Shown here: positions 1-9,824 of the stretch, one piece after another
How the letters are laid out: each line of letters opens with the position of its first letter
How positions within the stretch are numbered: the stretch's first letter is position 1
Source: a virus
Lineage: Duplodnaviria; Caudoviricetes
IMG/VR virus record: IMGVR_UViG_3300002835_000119
Span: 12,727 to 76,726 of that record
Strand: one strand, 5' to 3'
DNA: 64,000 nt
The notes under the pieces: generated by a model
What the model was told of the DNA's origin: nothing
The model's input: the letters and a program-made list of their open reading frames with translations, nothing else
Databases searched by the model: none
Translations under genes and position numbers: made by a program

Positions 1-39
1 CTGAGGTTGTCGAGTGGTTGCGACTAGAAGAGGAACCTA

Positions 40-387
40 GTGGGGAGAAAAAACAAGGCGTCAGAGCCTCTAATACCTCGGCCAAACGCTGAGTGGGAAT
101 ATAAAACTGAAATCCAGGTCCATGGCCGCAACATTACTCCTGGAACCGAATTAAAAATCATCGGGGAGCGTGGGCGCTACCGATTTATTAGATTTGTTAA
201 AAACACTAACGGTGCAGAATGGATTGATGTCTGGGGCGGCCCCAAGGGAGCCGAACAGTGGCGAAGCTTTAAGCTTGATCGAATTAAGCGGGTGCACTAC
301 AAAAATCAAACTGTTGGGAACCTTGCTGCAGAGCACAAAGCAAAGATGAAGGCTAAAAAGGCTGAGCTAGAAGATGCCGAGGATTAA
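40..387 (+). CDS. hypothetical phage protein
   Basis: 115-aa ORF with GAGGA SD upstream, coupled to the next gene. Confidence 0.7.
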   Translation: MGRKNKASEPLIPRPNAEWEYKTEIQVHGRNITPGTELKIIGERGRYRFIRFVKNTNGAEWIDVWGGPKGAEQWRSFKLDRIKRVHYKNQTVGNLAAEHKAKMKAKKAELEDAED

Positions 388-1180
388 ACAAAAAGACTGC
401 GTAACTTGCGTCCCAACTAAAGACACTTGCTTGGTTATCTCAACGGATGTCTATTTTGTTGACTACGCCAAGACGCTATTAAAGAGCGTGAGCGCCAACT
501 ATAGCGGAGCTAACAAGCTAAAGGTCTTTGTCTTGTCTCCAGAAGACATTCACTACAGGGCTGCTGACTTTGTTTTCCCCAATCTAGACGTTGAGTTTAC
601 CTATCCCGAGAATGTTCGCCCGCACGAGGAAAGCGGCTTTGTGGGCAAGATGTATAAAAATAAGCAATACACCGGAACATCTCTATATCGATACTTTGTC
701 GGCAGCGTGTGCGTGGATTATCGAAAAGCCGTTTACATAGACGTTGACTGCATAATTGCCAGAGATATCCAGCCGCTGCTTGATTACAAGTTAGGAGACG
801 CCCCTATTGCTGCGTTCCCTGAGATCCAACTAAGCTTTCCAGAAAACGAGACATTTAGGGATACGTCAATCTTCAATAGCGGGGTCATGGTGATTAACCT
901 GGACTATTTCAGGGAAAACAACATAGAAGACGTTTTGATGGATGTTTCTATGAACTTTGATGATTGGCTTGGGTACGCAGACCAGGATGTCTTTAATGTT
1001 GTCTTTAAAAATAACTGGTCAGCGCTGAGCATTAATTTTAACTATTTAGCTAATATTTATAAATCTCTTCCGGTATTAGACCCTGTGGTTGTACACTTTG
1101 CTGGTAAGAGCAAACCATGGCTGTCAGGAACTCAGGACAGCAAATGGAAGCAGTTGTGGAGAATGTATCATGAGCGATAA
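374..1180 (+). CDS. glycosyltransferase family 8
   Basis: AVYIDVD (DxD), FNSGVMVINL, DQDVFN and VVHFAGKSKPW signatures. Confidence 0.92.
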   Translation: MPRIKQKDCVTCVPTKDTCLVISTDVYFVDYAKTLLKSVSANYSGANKLKVFVLSPEDIHYRAADFVFPNLDVEFTYPENVRPHEESGFVGKMYKNKQYTGTSLYRYFVGSVCVDYRKAVYIDVDCIIARDIQPLLDYKLGDAPIAAFPEIQLSFPENETFRDTSIFNSGVMVINLDYFRENNIEDVLMDVSMNFDDWLGYADQDVFNVVFKNNWSALSINFNYLANIYKSLPVLDPVVVHFAGKSKPWLSGTQDSKWKQLWRMYHER

Positions 1181-1838
1181 GCCGCACTACAACGTAGTGA
1201 TCGCTACGCCTGGTAAAGAGCTGCACCAGGGGTATGTAACTAGCCTTGTCGAAACTTTGCGCTGGCTAGGCGAGCAGGGACTGACTTACAAGTGGCTAAA
1301 CAAGTCTGGGTCGTTGATATCTACAACCAGAGAGTTGACTGCGCTGGACGCCTACAATCCAAACTGGGAAACGCGAGAGCTTGGCAGCGGGCAGTTTACC
1401 TATGACAAAGTCATCTGGATTGATTCTGACATCAGCTGGGGCATCGAGCAGTTCAAAGCACTGTGGGAGCACGAGCTAGACATTGTCGGTGGCATGTACC
1501 AAACTGCACCAGATGGACGCGTGGCAGTTGCAATGTTTGACGGGATTGGTCAGCCAACCGTTGTGCGAGAGCAAGACTTCATTTTGATAGACGCCCCTAT
1601 TGTTGAAGTATTCGGCGTCGGATTCGGCTTTGTGGCAATGAAGAGTGGTGTGTTTGAGAGGTGTGACAGGCCGTGGTTCTTGATGGAGAGAATTAGGTGG
1701 GCGCACTTGGATTTTGATTTGAACATTGGTGAGGACTATTCGTTCTGCATGAATGCAAGGCGTAATGGGTTTACTATTTACTTGGACACCAGAATTAAAG
1801 TGAAGCACCACAAGGAGATTATCTATGAGCTTAGGTAG
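1170..1838 (+). CDS. GT-A fold glycosyltransferase-like protein
   Basis: VVIATP, WIDSDI, GFGFVAM and GEDYSFC motifs; start moved to ATG 1170 overlapping the upstream gene end. Confidence 0.8.
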   Translation: MSDKPHYNVVIATPGKELHQGYVTSLVETLRWLGEQGLTYKWLNKSGSLISTTRELTALDAYNPNWETRELGSGQFTYDKVIWIDSDISWGIEQFKALWEHELDIVGGMYQTAPDGRVAVAMFDGIGQPTVVREQDFILIDAPIVEVFGVGFGFVAMKSGVFERCDRPWFLMERIRWAHLDFDLNIGEDYSFCMNARRNGFTIYLDTRIKVKHHKEIIYELR

Positions 1839-2574
1839 AAGCGTTACCGTGATAACTCCTACAACCGGCGCACCAGAATTAGTAGACGCCCTTATTAGTG
1901 TAGAAAACCAAGACTACGATGGGCCAATCGATCACTTAGTAGTTGTCGATGGTCAGGAGTTTTTGCCTAAGGTTATTGAAATGGTTGAAAGGTCTGGAAC
2001 GAATCCAACTGTTATGGTGCTCCCATACAACACTGGAGCCAATGGTTGGAATGGACATAGGGTTTACTCGGCTGTACCTGCGCTTGTAAATAGCGAATAC
2101 ATTGCTTTTTTAGATCAAGACAACTGGTATGAAGTAAATCATATTTCAAGTCTGGCTGCCAAACTTGACAATAATGAAAATCTAGAACTAGCTTTTTCAT
2201 TGAGATCTATCTACGAAAAAGATAGGACCTACGTAACAGATGATAATTGTGAGTCGCTAGGTCTTTGGCCTATTTGGAACTCAGGGGGGACCGGATTTTT
2301 AATTGACACGAGCTGCTTTTTCTTTAGAACGGCTTTTATAAGAAGAACCGGAAGAAAGTGGCTGCACCCCTACAATGCTGACGCCGTGTATTCAATGTCA
2401 TTAAAAACAGCATTTTCTGGCAAATACGAAACAACTGGGCTGTACACCTTAGGCTACAGACTAGGTGGGGGACCTAAATCCGTGAAAAAAGAATTTTTCT
2501 TAATTGGCAATATTTACTACATGGATATGTATCCGGGCGGTAACTATCCTTGGAAAAATTTTACTGGCAAATAA
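1825..2574 (+). CDS. glycosyltransferase family 2
   Basis: VTVITPT...SVENQDY...VVVDG...YIAFLDQDN. Confidence 0.88.
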   Translation: MSLGRSVTVITPTTGAPELVDALISVENQDYDGPIDHLVVVDGQEFLPKVIEMVERSGTNPTVMVLPYNTGANGWNGHRVYSAVPALVNSEYIAFLDQDNWYEVNHISSLAAKLDNNENLELAFSLRSIYEKDRTYVTDDNCESLGLWPIWNSGGTGFLIDTSCFFFRTAFIRRTGRKWLHPYNADAVYSMSLKTAFSGKYETTGLYTLGYRLGGGPKSVKKEFFLIGNIYYMDMYPGGNYPWKNFTGK

Positions 2575-2588
2575 GATAGCGTGAATAT

Positions 2589-3287
2589 ATGAAAAACAGT
2601 GTAACTTTTTATTGTAAAGATGCTTCAGAAAAATTTCTTGAGGAGTCTTCTGTAGATTTATTTATTGGCCATCCGCCCTACTATATGACTGAATTAGAGC
2701 TAAATGGTGGTGATCCAACCAAGCAAATGCAGAATGCCGAAAGCCTAGATCAATATCTAGAAAGACTGCTGCTTTCTTTTCTTCACATGGAAGCTGCTTT
2801 AAAAGAAGACGGCCATATGTTTATTGCTCTTGAGAATACCAGGCTGGGCCTTGGGATTTTGCCAAAAATATTTGATAAAACTAAACTACAACTCCAAAGC
2901 ATAAGACTATGGGACTACTCATCTAAATTTGATATGGGCGGCAACTCTACTGTTTTATTTGCACACTTTACCAAAAAACCTTGGAGCGCGGGGGATCGCC
3001 CGCAGGGACCATTTGTTCTTACTAACTCGTGGTCAGAGGCTACCGAAGAACTTAAGGATTATCACACAAACTATTCAACAGTCGGGGCTGCGCCGGAAGG
3101 TGTATATCGAGAAATGATAAAAAACTACTCCGAACCGGGAGATGTTGTTGCAGACATTTTTGCTGGATGTGGGACTGTCGGGGTGGTTGCTTTGCAGTTG
3201 GGTAGGAAGTTTGTCTATAATGATGTTTCTGAAGATAAGCTGCTTATTTCCCAAGTAAGAATTAAAGACTTGCAAGATGGTAAGTAA
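2589..3287 (+). CDS. DNA N4/N6-methyltransferase-like protein (beta order, HPPY motif)
   Basis: SVDLFIGHPPYY (motif IV variant) precedes DIFAGCGT (motif I) and LGRKFV. Confidence 0.8.
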   Translation: MKNSVTFYCKDASEKFLEESSVDLFIGHPPYYMTELELNGGDPTKQMQNAESLDQYLERLLLSFLHMEAALKEDGHMFIALENTRLGLGILPKIFDKTKLQLQSIRLWDYSSKFDMGGNSTVLFAHFTKKPWSAGDRPQGPFVLTNSWSEATEELKDYHTNYSTVGAAPEGVYREMIKNYSEPGDVVADIFAGCGTVGVVALQLGRKFVYNDVSEDKLLISQVRIKDLQDGK

Positions 3288-3477
3288 GAAAAGATCTTGG
3301 GCTAAGTCGCTGACTTGGCGGGTTGTGGCTATCGTGAGTACTTTTGGAATTGGGTACTTTTTAACTGGCAGCTTGACATTTGCCGCATCTTTGACTTTAA
3401 TATCTAATGTGATCAACTTTGTGCTGTACTACCTCCACGAGCGGATGTGGCTAAACATCCAGTGGGGAAAAGATTGA
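3277..3477 (+). CDS. DUF2061-like small membrane protein
   Basis: RSWAKSLTWR...YYLHERMW pattern. Confidence 0.8.
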   Translation: MVSKKRSWAKSLTWRVVAIVSTFGIGYFLTGSLTFAASLTLISNVINFVLYYLHERMWLNIQWGKD

Positions 3478-3478
3478 A

Positions 3479-3637
3479 ATGGCTAAAGACAAAAAAGTAA
3501 ACGCCCCTATTGTTGAAGAAAACGAAGAGCGAACAGCGATGTTTGGGTGGTGCAGCACTGGACATCATGATACGTGTGTAGTTAGGATTCCTAGGTACAA
3601 GTGTGCTTGCAAGTGTCATGGAGGCGAAGATGGATGA
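3479..3637 (+). CDS. small Cys/His-rich protein (52 aa, below ORF-track cutoff)
   Basis: Hand translation: ...GWCSTGHHDTC...KCACKCH; fills the gap between coupled genes. Confidence 0.6.
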   Translation: MAKDKKVNAPIVEENEERTAMFGWCSTGHHDTCVVRIPRYKCACKCHGGEDG

Positions 3638-3827
3638 GTTTGAGCGTGGAGTTCAGGCTGAGCGCAAACGAATCATGGAGGCGCTGCACCGATACAAAGC
3701 TGAAGGACTAGAAATAGTACAAGTGGCGTCCCAACCGGGGATCAATACAAGAGCAGTAAGAAGATTTGATACGGCTGAATTAATTGAAAGACTTTGGAAA
3801 GAACGTGATTTAAATGAACAAGAATAA
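3630..3827 (+). CDS. hypothetical protein
   Basis: GGAGG SD; FERGVQAERKRI motif resembles FEKGVATERERI in ORF 9612-9806. Confidence 0.65.
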   Translation: MDEFERGVQAERKRIMEALHRYKAEGLEIVQVASQPGINTRAVRRFDTAELIERLWKERDLNEQE

Positions 3828-3987
3828 ATGGGCATCAGTAATGATGGTTGATGGCATGGTGTTTGAGGGCATGATTGCAGAGGAAACGTCCTGGGGACTG
3901 TATCTGCATATAGGTGGCAACTCTGATCGGCTGTCGCTTTTTCCTTGGCACGCTATCGGTAGAGTCGTATATAAGCTAGACCTGTAA
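3814..3987 (+). CDS. hypothetical protein (57 aa)
   Basis: Hand-translated MNKNKWASVMMVDGMVFEG..., overlaps upstream gene end. Confidence 0.55.
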   Translation: MNKNKWASVMMVDGMVFEGMIAEETSWGLYLHIGGNSDRLSLFPWHAIGRVVYKLDL

Positions 3988-3996
3988 AATTTTACT

Positions 3997-4617
3997 ATGC
4001 CGATCACAATAGTTGAACAATTTATTAGTGAAGAAGATTGCAAAAGATATCTTAGCTTTTTAGAGCCTAAGGCCACACTGAGTGAACGTACTCAAATTAT
4101 GAATGCTTTAGGCTATCCGTCCTCGCTAGTTGCTTCTAAAATTGGCAAAGATACCGGTGTAATACCTGGGGAACAAAATGAAATCAACTTTGAAATAGGC
4201 GAACTATTCGAAAAAATAAAAGCTAAAGCCGAAGATGTTTTTGGGGAAGAGCTTGATTTATGTAATGCAAACTATCAAATGCTACCTAAAGGTAGTTCAA
4301 ATCCTATGCACTCAGATACCACGAAAGATGACGGCAGCCCTCTCGCTAAAGACGGATCCCCCGAGGAAGTCGAGTGGAGCGGTCTTTTGTATCTGAATAC
4401 CAATGGTAAAGACTTTGAGGGGGGAACTCTCTACTTTGAAAAGCAAGACTTAGAGTATTTCCCTAAAGCCGGAGACTTAGTGATTTTCCGTGGTGACATG
4501 GAGCACAGGCACGAAGTTCGAACAGTGTTGGAAGGCGAAAGAAAAAACCTAGTATTCTTCTGGGCAAAGCGTGGCAATGTGTCAGATGGTAATAGGTTTG
4601 ACGTAGATTATACTTAG
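3997..4617 (+). CDS. 2OG-Fe(II) oxygenase (prolyl-4-hydroxylase-like)
   Basis: HSD...LYLN..FEGG.LYF...HEV...R. Confidence 0.9.
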   Translation: MPITIVEQFISEEDCKRYLSFLEPKATLSERTQIMNALGYPSSLVASKIGKDTGVIPGEQNEINFEIGELFEKIKAKAEDVFGEELDLCNANYQMLPKGSSNPMHSDTTKDDGSPLAKDGSPEEVEWSGLLYLNTNGKDFEGGTLYFEKQDLEYFPKAGDLVIFRGDMEHRHEVRTVLEGERKNLVFFWAKRGNVSDGNRFDVDYT

Positions 4618-4621
4618 TGGC

Positions 4622-5242
4622 ATGACTGTACTAGTTAAAGAACGCTACATAAGTGAAGAAGACTGTAAAAAATATATAGAGTTTTTAGATCTTCACAGCT
4701 ACCCCGGGCAGGGCAAAATTATAAATGCTTTGGGGTATGAGTCCTCTTTAGCTGCGTCAAAAATAAATGAAGAGACTGGAGTCATACCTGGAGACTACGA
4801 TCCAGTAAACAAAAATTTGGGGGCTTTGTTTGAGCAAACAAAAAAGTATGCAGAAGAAGTTTTTGGATGCGAGCTAGATCTTTGTCAAGCAAACTATCAA
4901 AATCTTTTGACGGGTGCTTTTAATCCATTACATGCAGATGCAACTAGATTAGATGGCACCCCCATTCACGACAATGAAATTCCTCAAGAGCTGGAGTGGA
5001 GTGGCCTTATTTATTTAAATACTCAAGGGCAAGACTTTGAGGGTGGAGATATATATTTTCCAGAACTAAATTTTGTTTATTCCCCTCGGGCCGGGGATTT
5101 GTTGCTATTTAAAGGAGACGTCGAACATCAGCATGGAGTTCACGAAGTGACAGCTGGAAATAGAAAAAACATTGTTTTATTTTGGGCAAATAAAGGAAAT
5201 GTCTCGGGATTTAATTTCTTTGACGTTAATGATAAAAATTAA
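4622..5242 (+). CDS. 2OG-Fe(II) oxygenase, tandem paralog
   Basis: HAD...YLN..FEGG...HGV...R; colinear with previous ORF, both 206 aa. Confidence 0.9.
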   Translation: MTVLVKERYISEEDCKKYIEFLDLHSYPGQGKIINALGYESSLAASKINEETGVIPGDYDPVNKNLGALFEQTKKYAEEVFGCELDLCQANYQNLLTGAFNPLHADATRLDGTPIHDNEIPQELEWSGLIYLNTQGQDFEGGDIYFPELNFVYSPRAGDLLLFKGDVEHQHGVHEVTAGNRKNIVLFWANKGNVSGFNFFDVNDKN

Positions 5243-5244
5243 TT

Positions 5245-6729
5245 ATGATTTTAAGTGCTTGTATATTTGGGTATGGTCCTATAGGTAAAGCTGTAGTAGA
5301 CAAATTTACTTGTCTACCTGGCTACGGGAAAGACATAAGAATACACATAGTCTATGTAAAAAAGTTAAAAGACTTTCCAGAAGCTCAATTAAATAACCAA
5401 AACTTTTGGAAAATAAACAATAAATATTTCAATAATGAAAAATTAAGCATAACTATTGGTGACGACCACGAGTGGTTAAATTCAAGTGGATATATGGGGC
5501 ACGATGTTATTTTTGATTGTTCGGAGAAAGACGATGACTTTTCGCAAGAAATTAACGATCAACTTAATTTAAATAATAATTTTGTTTTATATAAATGTTC
5601 AAGCTTAGACTCTGTTGATGAGTTTATGGAGCCAATTTTAGATAGAATAACTAAACTCAGAAAATTAAAATTTAATGAAAAAATTAAAGAACAAATAGAC
5701 AGTTCGGTGTTTAGTGAAAAAAGTAACTACAAATTAACTTTGAATGCAAGAAAAACTTTTTATTCTGAGACAGAATACAACTCAAAAAAAATTATTGAAG
5801 ATGATCCAAAAAGAATATATGAAAATAATTCGAACGGGTTTAGATCAAAAAAAGAATTAGAAAAAACCCCCCTATTATTTGCTGGCTGCTCGGTAACATA
5901 CGGAGTGGGAGTCTCTATAGAAAACATTTGGGCGACTCAGGTGGCCAAACTTTTAAATTTAGATCATACAAATATAGGTAAGTCTGGTGCTTCTACTGGT
6001 CAAATAGTAAATTCTATTTTTAAATATGTAGAAACATATGGGAACCCGGAGTATCTTTTTTGTCTTTTCCCTGACTATAAAAGATTTTATGTGCCGGTAG
6101 ATGGTGTGTTTTATGCAGAAAAATTAAATAACAAAAATAAAGTTCCTACAAATATAGAAAAAGAAAGTAGTGAATCGAATAAAAAATTTTTTCAAACTGT
6201 ATATTTGGGAGTAGAAAAAGAAAAAAATAATAAATTAATTAAACTTCCATATGACTATAGAAAAGTTTTTTCCGATGATTTAGCAATATATGACGCAATG
6301 AAAAGCATTAGATATTTAGAGCAATACTGTAGGGCAGCGGACATAAAATTATTTTGGGCCACTTGGGATCCTGTATTTAACGGATTAGTTATAGACTCTC
6401 AGCTTGAGCCAGACACAAGATTTGAGAAATTTTTTAATTTATACGATCACAATTTTGACTATTCCAGAATTAAGCTATCAGAAAATAGTATTAAAGAAAT
6501 ATTTTTTGACAACTATGCTGATTTTGAGCTGTGCTTATCTAGTCACATTAATCCGGGGGTTGAATGCACCTGCGGAACTTTGTGCCATGCAGAAATTAAA
6601 AAAGAATTTCCTGATGAATATTTTGCAGGTACCGACTCTGCTCTTGGCCACCCCCACTTTGGGGCTCACTGGCACAGGCATGCTGCCGAAAGTTTTTATA
6701 ACGAATTTACTAGAGCAAAATCCCGGTAA
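5245..6729 (+). CDS. Rossmann-like N-terminus fused to SGNH-hydrolase-like domain
   Basis: IFGYGPIG at N-terminus; FAGCSVTYGVG, NIGKSGAS and C-terminal HFG..WH; very AT-rich. Confidence 0.6.
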   Translation: MILSACIFGYGPIGKAVVDKFTCLPGYGKDIRIHIVYVKKLKDFPEAQLNNQNFWKINNKYFNNEKLSITIGDDHEWLNSSGYMGHDVIFDCSEKDDDFSQEINDQLNLNNNFVLYKCSSLDSVDEFMEPILDRITKLRKLKFNEKIKEQIDSSVFSEKSNYKLTLNARKTFYSETEYNSKKIIEDDPKRIYENNSNGFRSKKELEKTPLLFAGCSVTYGVGVSIENIWATQVAKLLNLDHTNIGKSGASTGQIVNSIFKYVETYGNPEYLFCLFPDYKRFYVPVDGVFYAEKLNNKNKVPTNIEKESSESNKKFFQTVYLGVEKEKNNKLIKLPYDYRKVFSDDLAIYDAMKSIRYLEQYCRAADIKLFWATWDPVFNGLVIDSQLEPDTRFEKFFNLYDHNFDYSRIKLSENSIKEIFFDNYADFELCLSSHINPGVECTCGTLCHAEIKKEFPDEYFAGTDSALGHPHFGAHWHRHAAESFYNEFTRAKSR

Positions 6730-6749
6730 ACCTGTGCTAGGCTGTGGGC

Positions 6750-7088
6750 ATGGCACTAAATGACTTTGAGTATGTAGAAGATCCCTTGAAGGAGCCTTCG
6801 GGCTTTAGGGGGGCTTCGTTTTCCACCTTTGGGGAGGGGGATATGGAAATCTTTGAAGTCAGCATTGCCAAGGCCATCCTTAAGAAGCAAGAGGCGCTTA
6901 ATGCGATAGACGCCCTTACTGATGCAGCTGGAGAATCCTGGTATGAACTGGGAGAGAAGATGGCTGAAAAAAGATTTTTAGGAATACTTGACAAGTTTGA
7001 GGAGAACCTGCTAGATTCTGAGGAGGACGCCAAAATGACGATCCACCTAATAAGGAAAATGGTAGAGACTGATGGACAAGAAGAATAA
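6750..7088 (+). CDS. hypothetical protein
   Basis: ORF with TAGGCT -10 six nt before ATG (leaderless). Confidence 0.65.
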   Translation: MALNDFEYVEDPLKEPSGFRGASFSTFGEGDMEIFEVSIAKAILKKQEALNAIDALTDAAGESWYELGEKMAEKRFLGILDKFEENLLDSEEDAKMTIHLIRKMVETDGQEE

Positions 7089-7639
7089 ATATTCCACTGA
7101 TCAGCTAGCTGAGATCTTTGCAAAGATCGAGGTAGCAAAGATGCTAACCGACATGGGCGGAAAGCTAGCAAAAGAAGCAGCCAACGATTTAGCTTTTTTC
7201 AAAATCACCAATGAGATTCCTGACAGGGACGAAAAATAATGGACGCCCTTATGCGGGAACTATTCGGATCTGCCTGGGCCTACTATGTTGCTTTTGCAAT
7301 TTTAGGTATTTGGTTTGCGATTGAAAGATGGGGAAAGAGGAAGTAATGATTAAGTATTTATGGAAAAAGATCGATTGGACCGTAGTTCAAGTTGTGATAT
7401 TAGTTGGAATGCTGCCAGTGATGTTGGTTATTGGTGCATTGTTCTATCAACTATTTAGCGCAAAATATAGATAAAATAAATTTATGTTTCGCATAAATTT
7501 TAGACATTACCCCCCAAGTCGATTTGCAGTAGAGAAGCATTACGGGATATGCTTTGAGTGGCACCCTAAAAGAAAAGGCGTAGACTTCTTTTGGGGTAGG
7601 CACGTATATACGTTTTGGGTAGGAAGAAGTTACTAATAA

Positions 7640-7879
7640 ATGAGTGAAAAAATTTTGCACTGGTGCGAGGTGTGCGACACCGAAGCTGAGCTGACATCTG
7701 AGGAGGGGTTCAGTCGGGGCTGGGACTTCCCGCCGAGGATGGGTGCTTGGGGAATTGTGTCTCCCCGCACTTGCCCAAAATGTTTTATAGATAAAACTGC
7801 TTGGTTTGCATTAGCCAGTAAAGAGACGTTGACTGAAAGACACCTGCTAACAATTGAAAGAATTAGGGGAGAGCTGTAA
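7640..7879 (+). CDS. small Zn-finger-like protein
   Basis: CEVC...CPKC. Confidence 0.65.
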   Translation: MSEKILHWCEVCDTEAELTSEEGFSRGWDFPPRMGAWGIVSPRTCPKCFIDKTAWFALASKETLTERHLLTIERIRGEL

Positions 7880-8187
7880 TGAAGCGTCACGAATCTTTTA
7901 ATGAACTTGAAGAGGCCATAAAAATTGGTGAATACAGAAAGCGTCAGCACAATAAAAAGAAAGCAAAAGTGAATAAGGAAGATTGGCAGTGCGGCGACTG
8001 CGGGACTGTCTACAGTTATAAAGTGCAAAGTTGCACCAGCCCTGAGCTAGATCGATGGGCTCTTAGAAAGTTTCAAGAGGGCTACGAGTACGGGGTATCT
8101 GTAGCTGAAAAAGAAGTTGGCAGACTAAAGGATGCAATACAGACTGTTGAAGACTTTGGTTTTGAAGTAGTGTTTAGTAGGAGATAA
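7879..8187 (+). CDS. hypothetical protein
   Basis: TAATG coupling; CGDC motif. Confidence 0.65.
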   Translation: MKRHESFNELEEAIKIGEYRKRQHNKKKAKVNKEDWQCGDCGTVYSYKVQSCTSPELDRWALRKFQEGYEYGVSVAEKEVGRLKDAIQTVEDFGFEVVFSRR

Positions 8188-8338
8188 ACGTGAATCCAGA
8201 AGATATTTCAAAGATGATAGACGCCGTCACTCAGTATGGTGAGATTATGGGCGGTATGAGAAATCAGCTTATAGCCCAGGGGTTTAGCGAGGAAATGGCC
8301 GAGCAGTTAGTGTTGGAAGTTATTAGAAAGGCAACCGC

Positions 8339-8680
8339 ATGAGTTTTGAGAGATTTGGCAGCTCGGATGTTTACATCTACGAGCACGTGGGTGGATTTAT
8401 TGAGTGCTGTGGTTGCTCTTTGGCACTACCTGATGGGGACGAGATTTTTGGGTTTACCTCTCTAAAAACTCCCCGGGAAGCTTTGTCACACTTAGATTTG
8501 CATGAAGAAATCGGGGATGATATCGGAGGAGCTCGCCGGAGGATTGAGAAAGAGTACGAAGATTTAGACGCCCCTATTGAACCTTACGTTGAAGATCCTG
8601 AAGTGGCCAAAAAGCGAAGGGCTAGAATGAGGGAGTTATTTCCAAATAGCCGGTTTAGGGATGTCAGTAACGGAGAATAA
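8339..8680 (+). CDS. hypothetical phage protein
   Basis: GAAAGG SD; MSFERFGSSDVYIY..GGFIECCGC. Confidence 0.7.
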   Translation: MSFERFGSSDVYIYEHVGGFIECCGCSLALPDGDEIFGFTSLKTPREALSHLDLHEEIGDDIGGARRRIEKEYEDLDAPIEPYVEDPEVAKKRRARMRELFPNSRFRDVSNGE

Positions 8681-8908
8681 ATGCCAATAATGACAAGAGA
8701 AGGCCATTGCGAGTTTGATGGCTGCGAGAAACAGATTAAAGCAAAGCGGCTTTGTCAGTATCACTATCACAAGGCTTTGTATCCAAGGAACTGCGATAGG
8801 CCTAATGTCATTCTAAAAAAGAAAAAGGTAGATACTCTTAACGGAGCAGAACTCTGGGCGTTAATTGAAGCAGACCTAAAAAGCGGAAAGTTAAAACTAA
8901 ATAGGTAA
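8681..8908 (+). CDS. small Cys/His Zn-binding protein
   Basis: CEFDGC...LCQYHY. Confidence 0.6.
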   Translation: MPIMTREGHCEFDGCEKQIKAKRLCQYHYHKALYPRNCDRPNVILKKKKVDTLNGAELWALIEADLKSGKLKLNR

Positions 8909-9062
8909 CCACTGTGACTACTTGGATCGTTTACACTAAAAAAGAGAATTCTCCTCTCTGGAAGAGCGACAACAAAAACGACTTGGATATAATAGTTCGG
9001 AAATTGCCAGATGCTATTAGCACTAAGCTTTATGTGGCAGAAGCTAAAAAACAGGAGAAAAA

Positions 9063-9341
9063 ATGAAACTATTAGTTAACCACTGCTCGCACGGGTTTAC
9101 TTTGTCTGAGCGTCAGAAGACTCTTTTCCCGGAGCTGCAGACTGTTCCATACATGAAGGTGTCAGACGTAAACCGAGCTGACGAGCGTCTTATTGCTTCG
9201 TTTGAGGCTGGAGACAACCGTGGCGATGGCGGATCAACTCTAGCTATCGTAGAGATTCCAGACGGCGCTCGCTTTAGAATCATCTCTCGAGATGGATATG
9301 AAGAAGTTGTTTGGACTATGGGAGAGCTTCACAGCGCATAA
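9063..9341 (+). CDS. hypothetical phage protein
   Basis: AGGAG SD, 92-aa ORF. Confidence 0.7.
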   Translation: MKLLVNHCSHGFTLSERQKTLFPELQTVPYMKVSDVNRADERLIASFEAGDNRGDGGSTLAIVEIPDGARFRIISRDGYEEVVWTMGELHSA

Positions 9342-9619
9342 TGTCCGCTAAATATCTTGGCAAAAATTCCTGGGTAGATGACTACAATCATGTAATTGTA
9401 AACGTCCATGCAAGTAATAAGTGCAAGAATGACTACTGCACTCTCCATAACCCCTCTGATCATCATATGTTAGGATTTCCTCAGAGGTGGAGGCAAGATC
9501 GCCATATTATGGAAAGAATGTGCCCTCACGGTGTTGGACATCCGGACCCAGACGATATTGCTTTAAATACTGTTCATGGGTGCGACGGGTGCTGCGTTAA
9601 GGAGATATTTAATGGCTAA
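9341..9619 (+). CDS. Cys/His-rich phage protein
   Basis: CTLHNPSDHHM...MERMCPHGVGHPDPD...HGCDGCC. Confidence 0.75.
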   Translation: MSAKYLGKNSWVDDYNHVIVNVHASNKCKNDYCTLHNPSDHHMLGFPQRWRQDRHIMERMCPHGVGHPDPDDIALNTVHGCDGCCVKEIFNG

Positions 9620-9806
9620 GTTTGAAGGAACCCCAGAGGAAATGGCTGCATTTGAAAAAGGTGTAGCCACTGAGCGGGAACGAATTCTAAAGATTTTAAG
9701 AAAGTTTCACCAGACTTTTGGGTCAGGGGATATTGCTGAATCGACAACAATGATGGAAACCAAGTACATGTACAACTTCATCATTGACGCCAGACCAGTT
9801 AAATAG
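9612..9806 (+). CDS. hypothetical protein
   Basis: AAGGAG SD, overlaps previous stop. Confidence 0.6.
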   Translation: MAKFEGTPEEMAAFEKGVATERERILKILRKFHQTFGSGDIAESTTMMETKYMYNFIIDARPVK

Positions 9807-9824
9807 CTTGAGTTAGTAGCCAAA

